From: Anaerolineae bacterium
Lineage (GTDB): Bacteria; Chloroflexota; Anaerolineae; DRVO01
Direction of reading: 5' to 3'
Assembly: GCA_034436255.1 (NCBI GenBank)
Contig: DAOTVV010000208.1
Span: forward strand, 1 to 51,285
Length of the DNA stretch: 51,285 nucleotides
The translations under genes were made by a program, and so were the position numbers. Below the pieces are notes generated by a model that saw only the letters and a program-made list of their open reading frames with translations, was not told the origin of the DNA and searched no databases. Of this stretch, positions 44,504-51,285 are shown piece after piece. How positions within the stretch are numbered: position 1 is the stretch's first letter; each line of letters opens with the position of its first letter.

Positions 44504-45439
44504 ATGCGGCTTGCTGCAATTGATGTGGGAAGCAATTCCGTCCTCCTGCTTGTCGCCGACGTCATCAGCGGCACGATTGGCACGCCTTTGGATGAGCAGG
44601 TGCGCATCACCCGCCTGGGCGAACGCCTGGCCGGGGATCGCGTCCTGCCTGAGGAGGCGATGACGCGGACGCTGGCCGTGATCGCGGACTACAAAGAGCG
44701 CGCGGCCAGGCTTGGTGCCGAGGGCACTCTGGTTGCGGCAACAGCGGCCGTACGCGAAGCCGCGAATGGCACCGAGTTCGCTCGCCGTGTGCAGGAGGCT
44801 ACGGGCCTTACTTTGCAGGTTCTGAGCGCCCAGCGCGAGGCCGAACTTGGCCTGCTCGGCGTCTGCAGCGACCCGGCACTGAAGGACGCGGCTTTGCTTC
44901 TGCTCGACATCGGCGGTGGCAGCACCGAACTGACTGCCGGCGGCCCTGGTGGGCTTGTCGGCAGTACCAGCGTTCCTGTGGGCTGTGTACGGCTGCGTGC
45001 CCAGGCCGGCGATGCCCGCGCCGAGTCCGACCTTGAGCGCATGCAGCGCGCCGCGGCTGTTCAACTTGCCGCGCCGATGAGGCGCATCGCTCGCCTCGCG
45101 CCGGAAAGCCACCTTGTGGGCATCGGCGGCACGATCACGGCTCTGGGTGCAGTTGACCTCCGCCTGGACGAGCAACGTCACCGCGAGGTTGATGGCCATG
45201 TGCTAACTGCCGGGCGCGTGCGCCAGCTGGCCCTAGAAATCGCGCAGGCGCTCCCAGAGGAACGCAGCCGAATCGCCGGATTACCCAAAGGGCGCGAAGA
45301 CACGATCGTCCCCGGGGCCGCGATCCTGCTGGCGGCCATGCAAGCACTCGAACAAGATGGGCTGCGCGTCAGCGTGCGTGGCCTGCGCTATGGCCTGCTC
45401 AGCGTCTCTGCCCGCCCTGCCAAACCCGCAGAGGCATAG
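44504..45439 (+). CDS. ppx: Ppx/GppA-family phosphatase (exopolyphosphatase / pppGpp phosphohydrolase)
   Basis: Motifs MRLAAIDVGSNSV, DIGGGSTEL and the ASKHA fold pattern are present. The ATG at 44504 gives the family-typical N-terminus. Confidence 0.85.
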   Translation: MRLAAIDVGSNSVLLLVADVISGTIGTPLDEQVRITRLGERLAGDRVLPEEAMTRTLAVIADYKERAARLGAEGTLVAATAAVREAANGTEFARRVQEATGLTLQVLSAQREAELGLLGVCSDPALKDAALLLLDIGGGSTELTAGGPGGLVGSTSVPVGCVRLRAQAGDARAESDLERMQRAAAVQLAAPMRRIARLAPESHLVGIGGTITALGAVDLRLDEQRHREVDGHVLTAGRVRQLALEIAQALPEERSRIAGLPKGREDTIVPGAAILLAAMQALEQDGLRVSVRGLRYGLLSVSARPAKPAEA

Positions 45440-45520
45440 GCGAACTCAGGCCAGGCGAATGCCAGCCGAACCGGCAACCGACATAGCCCAGACTGTTGTA
45501 AGAACACAGTAACTGAGCAT

Positions 45521-45549
45521 TTGCCAACCAAGCTCCCAGCCACTAGAAT
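45521..45549 (+). promoter_or_regulatory. Predicted promoter of the MerR-family gene: TTGCCA, 17-nt spacer, TAGAAT
   Basis: The hexamers are at 45521-45526 and 45544-45549. Confidence 0.5.
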
Positions 45550-45560
45550 AGCCGCGGTCC

Positions 45561-45578
45561 TTTCACGTAGCCGTGAAA
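45561..45578 (+). promoter_or_regulatory. Perfect inverted repeat TTTCACG-tagc-CGTGAAA just downstream of the predicted TSS (operator or leader hairpin)
   Basis: The 7-bp arms are at 45561-45567 and 45572-45578. Confidence 0.45.
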
Positions 45579-45621
45579 TGGCTTGGGGAGAATTCTGCCC
45601 AATCACCGGAGGGAACACGAA

Positions 45622-46095
45622 GTGGAACGTACATCGTCTGTGCAGGTGGATCGCAAGGCGCTTGAGGACTGGCGGCCACTGTACACTATCGCCACAGCCG
45701 CCGAACTTCTGGAACTGCACCCGCGCACTCTTCGCCTCTACGAGCAGGCTGGCCTGATCAAGCCAGCGCGCAAGAACAACCGGCGCTTCTATTCCAACTC
45801 GGACCTGGAGTGGGTCAAGGTCGTGCGCCGGCTGATCCATGATGACGGCCTCAACCAGCAGGGCCTCCGCCGGATCATGGCGATGGTCACTTACGGGCAC
45901 GTCGTTGACGGCGAGCCACCCTACGGTGAGGTCTGCAAGGCCAGGGCCAGCCGCACCAGCCCCTGCTGGCACAGCGCCGGTAATGGCGAAGACGACGATG
46001 GCATCGCCTGCCACTCCTGCCCGCTTTACCTGGGCGCACGGCTCGAGATTGTGGACCAGGACGGGCTCGACGGCCGCGACGGTCAGAGCCTCTAG
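45622..46095 (+). CDS. MerR-family transcriptional regulator with a Cys-rich C-terminal extension
   Basis: The MerR HTH is YTIATAAELLELHPRTLRLYEQAGLIKPAR...RFYSNSDL. The C-terminal region carries four Cys (C-x10-C-x16-C-x2-C). The GTG at 45622 has GGAGGG 8 nt upstream. The ORF-track TTG is at 45583. Confidence 0.75.
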   Translation: MERTSSVQVDRKALEDWRPLYTIATAAELLELHPRTLRLYEQAGLIKPARKNNRRFYSNSDLEWVKVVRRLIHDDGLNQQGLRRIMAMVTYGHVVDGEPPYGEVCKARASRTSPCWHSAGNGEDDDGIACHSCPLYLGARLEIVDQDGLDGRDGQSL

Positions 46096-46143
46096 CTTGG
46101 CCGGCCAGATGCACCGGGCGGTGGCTTCAGCCGGGTCGTGGGG

Positions 46144-46395
46144 CTAGGCGCCGCCACCGACGGCCGGGAAGACCCAGACCATATCGTTCTCTTCAAGAGG
46201 ATCTTCGGGCGCTGCTACCCTCCCGTTGCGGGCGACCAGCAACGGCGCAGCATCCTGAAGGCCGAGAGCCGCCAACAGGTCAGCGATGCGGGCGCCCGGC
46301 GGCACCCGCATGCTGCGTTTAGTGCCGGTTGGCCCATACCGGTGCAGGCCGCTACCCAGTGTGACCGACACGCTCAGAGGTTGGGCCGCATTCAC
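46144..46395 (-). CDS. ThiS/MoaD-like beta-grasp (ubiquitin-like sulfur-carrier-like) protein ending in GGGA
   Basis: 83 aa. The C-terminal ...L.ENDMVWVFPAVGGGA fits the MoaD/ThiS pattern (dGD.v...PpvsGG) with one extra residue after Gly-Gly. The GTG start overlaps the upstream stop (GTGA). Confidence 0.55.
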   Translation of the reverse strand: MNAAQPLSVSVTLGSGLHRYGPTGTKRSMRVPPGARIADLLAALGLQDAAPLLVARNGRVAAPEDPLEENDMVWVFPAVGGGA

Positions 46396-47459
46396 ACGCG
46401 CATCCTGGCGATCACTGCCCGCGCGAACTCCTGCGTGGTCGCCCGGCCGCCAAGGTCTGGCGTGAACACCTCGCCGGCGCGGCAGGTATCCTCGAGAGCT
46501 CGCATCACCAGCCTGGCCGCGTCGGCCTCGCCCAGATGTTCGAGCATCATCGCGCCGGCCCAGATGGCACCTATTGGGTTGGCGATGTTGCGGCCAGCGA
46601 TGTCCGGCGCCGAACCGTGCACCGGCTCAAACATCGAGGGGTAAGTGCCCTCCGGGTTGAGGTTGGCACTGGCCGGGATTCCCAGGCTGCCCTGGAGCGC
46701 ACCACCCAGGTCGGTCAGTATATCGCCGAAGAGATTGCTGGCGACGACGACGTCCAGCGTCTGCGGGTGGGTGACGAACCTGGCCGCCAGCGCATCAACA
46801 TGGTACTTCTCCGCCACGATGCCCGGATATTCCTGAGCCACGTTGGCGAACACCTCGTCCCAGAAGACCATACTGTGGTTGATGGCGTTGCTCTTGGTGG
46901 CGCTTGCGACCTTGTGCCGCCCCAGCCTCGTGGCGAGCTCGAACGCGTAGCGGATTATGCGCTCCGTGCCTTTGCGGGTGAAGATGGCCGTCTGCACAAC
47001 CACCTCGTCGGCTGAGCCGGCATGGGCGCGGCCACCGGCCCCGGAATACTCGCCTTCAGTGTTCTCCCGTATGCAGATGAAGTCTATGTCGCCATCTCCG
47101 TGGGCCCGCAGTGGCCCGGGCACCCCTGGCAACAGCTTGACCGGGCGCAGGTTTACGTACTGGTCGAAGGTCTGCCGCACGGGTAGTAGCAAGCCCCAGA
47201 GAGACACATGGTCCGGCACGCCTGGGTAGCCGATTGCCCCGAGGTAGATTGCCTCGAACTGCGCCAGCGTGCTGAGCCCGCCCTCGGGCATGATGCGGCC
47301 ATGCTCAAGATAGTACTGGCAGCCCCAGTCGAACCGCTGCCACTTCAATTCGAAGCCACCGTGGATACCTGCAGCAGCATCGAGCACGTCCATACCAGCC
47401 GGGATCACCTCCCGGCCGATGCCATCGCCCGCGATCACGGCTATCTCGTAGTGGCGCAT
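46392..47459 (-). CDS. Tartrate dehydrogenase/decarboxylase / D-malate dehydrogenase-type enzyme (isocitrate/isopropylmalate dehydrogenase family)
   Basis: Motifs YEIAVIAGDGIGREV, FDWGC.YYLEHG, NLRPV, RENTEGEYS and SNLFGDILTDLG...GS.G...SANLNPE are present. Confidence 0.85.
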   Translation of the reverse strand: MRHYEIAVIAGDGIGREVIPAGMDVLDAAAGIHGGFELKWQRFDWGCQYYLEHGRIMPEGGLSTLAQFEAIYLGAIGYPGVPDHVSLWGLLLPVRQTFDQYVNLRPVKLLPGVPGPLRAHGDGDIDFICIRENTEGEYSGAGGRAHAGSADEVVVQTAIFTRKGTERIIRYAFELATRLGRHKVASATKSNAINHSMVFWDEVFANVAQEYPGIVAEKYHVDALAARFVTHPQTLDVVVASNLFGDILTDLGGALQGSLGIPASANLNPEGTYPSMFEPVHGSAPDIAGRNIANPIGAIWAGAMMLEHLGEADAARLVMRALEDTCRAGEVFTPDLGGRATTQEFARAVIARMRV

Positions 47460-47471
47460 CTATCGTCCTCC

Positions 47472-48281
47472 TTAGCGCAGCAGTGGCGCTATCACCTGCT
47501 CGTAGTTCTCGCGAATGGCCTCGGGCGTCACCTCAGCGCCAGAACGGTCCGTCGAGGACTCGTAGAGGAATGGGCCATGGTAGCCACAGTCATACAGCGC
47601 CTCGATGGCGCCCCGGTAGTCCACCACTCCTTGCCCGGGCAGCCAGTGCCGCTCATCCACGCCGTCATTGTCGGACACGTGCAACGTGATGATGCGCCCT
47701 CCGAGAATACGCACATTCTCATTCAGGTCCTGCCCGAGGTTGGCATGGTTCAGGTCCAGGCATACACCTGCGACGCCTGGGTCGAGGTCCGCCAGCAGAT
47801 AGGCCAGTTCGGCGGCCGTGTTCCCCGGGCAGGTGCGCGGCAGGAACTCGACTGCCATGCGCAGCTTCAGGGCGGCACAATAGCGGCTAAGCTCCGCCAG
47901 GCCATCGCGAGAACGAGCCAGTGTCGCCGCCCTCTCGGCCTCAGCCACCGGCTCGGCGCCAGGGTGCACGACAACGACGTGGGCGCCAAGAGCAGCCGCC
48001 ACATCGCAGGCTCGCCGCGTGATGCTCAGAGCGCCCGACCGCACCTGCTCGTCCGCACTGGCGATGTTCGCGGCGCCACCGAACGGCGCGTGCAGTGACC
48101 AGACATGCATGCTGGTGCCCTTGAGCGCCTGGCCAAAAGCCACCGCTCGTTCCAGCCCCTCGATGCCAGGAACGACCTCGCACCAACGCACCCCGGCGGC
48201 ACCATTCAAGGCAATGGCTTCACGCTTAGCTGCCGGGAAGCAGGCAAGCGAGAACGCTAGCTCAAACGGCTTGGGTTCCAA
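47472..48281 (-). CDS. Sugar phosphate isomerase/epimerase (xylose isomerase-like TIM barrel)
   Basis: Motifs SLHAPF, VVVHPG, VEFLP and TLHVSDN follow the AP_endonuc_2-type pattern. Confidence 0.75.
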   Translation of the reverse strand: MEPKPFELAFSLACFPAAKREAIALNGAAGVRWCEVVPGIEGLERAVAFGQALKGTSMHVWSLHAPFGGAANIASADEQVRSGALSITRRACDVAAALGAHVVVVHPGAEPVAEAERAATLARSRDGLAELSRYCAALKLRMAVEFLPRTCPGNTAAELAYLLADLDPGVAGVCLDLNHANLGQDLNENVRILGGRIITLHVSDNDGVDERHWLPGQGVVDYRGAIEALYDCGYHGPFLYESSTDRSGAEVTPEAIRENYEQVIAPLLR

Positions 48282-48409
48282 TGACGATCCTCCGTTGCCA
48301 GAAGCTTGGGCCCGGCTCAGCCCCCGGGCCTGCTAAGAATGCCACAGGCTGCAAGGCGCAGCAATCGCCTGGGTGCAGGCAGAGGACAGTACCCAGACGG
48401 CGCGGGGAT

Positions 48410-48790
48410 TCAGAGCCGGGACAGGAGCGCGAGGACCTTCGGCAGAAAAATGAGCAGGCCGACCACCGCCGATCCAGCGGCACAGATGAGCGTTGCCCCA
48501 GCGCTTGCGTCCTTAGCCAGTCGCGCCAGGTCGCAGCGTTCCGGGCTGACAAGGTCCACAGTTGCCTCTATCGCGGTGTTGAAGACCTCGGCTGCGAATA
48601 CGGCCGTGATGCAGATGACGACCGCCACCCATTCGTACGCATCCAGCCCGATCGCCAGGCCAAGGCCCACGGTGGCCAGGCCGAACACCACGTCGAACCT
48701 GAGGTTGCGCTCGCTCTTGAGCGCCGCCAAGATGCCGGCGCCGGCACAGCGAAAGCTTTCGGCCCAGGGCTCACGCCCGCTCGTGGCCAC
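48410..48790 (-). CDS. dgkA: Diacylglycerol/undecaprenol kinase (DgkA family)
   Basis: It has NLRFDVV, three TM helices, EVFNTAIE and AKD.SAGA. The GTG start overlaps the ybeY 3' end by 20 nt. Confidence 0.85.
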   Translation of the reverse strand: MATSGREPWAESFRCAGAGILAALKSERNLRFDVVFGLATVGLGLAIGLDAYEWVAVVICITAVFAAEVFNTAIEATVDLVSPERCDLARLAKDASAGATLICAAGSAVVGLLIFLPKVLALLSRL

Positions 48791-49235
48791 CTACCGCCTC
48801 ACGAGCGGCCTGTTCCTGAAGTGCCCACATCTTCAGCCGCTCTTCCTCATCAGCGTGGTCGTAGCCCAGAAGATGCAGGGTGCCATGGGCGACGAGATAG
48901 GCCAGTTCGTAGGCCACGCTGTGCCGGGCAGACTCGGCCTGTTCCTGCGCTCTCGGCAGAGAGACAAGCACGTCTCCCAGGTAACGCCTCAACTCGTCCG
49001 GTGCCCCCGGAAACGAGGGATCAGGCTCGAATGACAGGACGTCCGTCGGCCCGCTCACTCCCCTGAACTGCTGGTTCAGCCGCGCAATCTCGGCGTCATC
49101 CGTGATGACCACGCTCACGTCAACACTGTCCGGCGCCCGCCCGGCCAACGTCATCGCCGATTCAGCCGCGCTCACCACTACCTGATCCAAGCCGGCCGGC
49201 AGAACCACGCCGTCGCTCACCTGAAGATCTATCAC
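48771..49235 (-). CDS. ybeY: Endoribonuclease YbeY (rRNA maturation)
   Basis: The zinc motif HGTLHLLGYDH is present. It occupies the conserved position between pgpH and dgkA. The start is GTG. Confidence 0.92.
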   Translation of the reverse strand: MIDLQVSDGVVLPAGLDQVVVSAAESAMTLAGRAPDSVDVSVVITDDAEIARLNQQFRGVSGPTDVLSFEPDPSFPGAPDELRRYLGDVLVSLPRAQEQAESARHSVAYELAYLVAHGTLHLLGYDHADEEERLKMWALQEQAAREAVGGHERA

Positions 49236-49236
49236 C

Positions 49237-51285
<2,049 letters not shown>

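Noticed and set aside
44468-44504. The idea that ppx is a leaderless mRNA, because TGcTATAAG ends 6 nt before the ATG at 44504.
   Set aside because: The same bases also form a plausible SD (AAGAGG) 3 nt upstream of the ATG. The putative -35 is poor (TGCGCA). The two interpretations cannot be separated without TSS data.

Overview
GC-rich, densely coding chromosomal segment with about 54 CDS, many GTG/TTG starts and many 4-nt ATGA/GTGA/TTGA stop-start overlaps. I found no rRNA, tRNA, CRISPR array, transposase, integrase or phage genes, so this reads as core genome rather than a mobile or defence island. Gene content fits a GC-rich Chloroflexota-like or other Terrabacteria lineage, but that is a guess made without any search. 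Recognisable housekeeping genes: EcfA/EcfT, FtsK, an IF-1-like protein, YebC-RuvC-RuvA, an ABC-2 exporter, GyrA, a cold-shock protein, Dtd, two tandem signal peptidases I, TrxB, Upp, a four-subunit 2-oxoacid:ferredoxin oxidoreductase (porGDAB order), Ppx/GppA, a tartrate-dehydrogenase-type enzyme, and PgpH-YbeY-DgkA. Several near-consensus sigma70-type promoters and hairpin terminators stand out against the GC-rich background. No finding is a clear-cut new system. The best candidates for undescribed biology are: (1) a three-gene operon (20480-24022) of very hydrophobic membrane proteins that by eye keep the motif skeleton of Mrp/complex-I antiporter-like subunits but have lost the ionisable residues and have no hydrophilic partners; (2) a PyrK/PyrD-like pair (11125-12704) with the DHOD catalytic and substrate-binding residues replaced, co-oriented downstream of gyrA; (3) a TIM-barrel / tartrate-DH-like / ThiS-MoaD-like operon (46144-48281) whose small beta-grasp protein ends in GG-A; (4) a roughly 220-nt structured leader or small RNA with a terminator-like hairpin upstream of the por operon. 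All homology calls are by-eye motif recognition and need HMM or structure confirmation.
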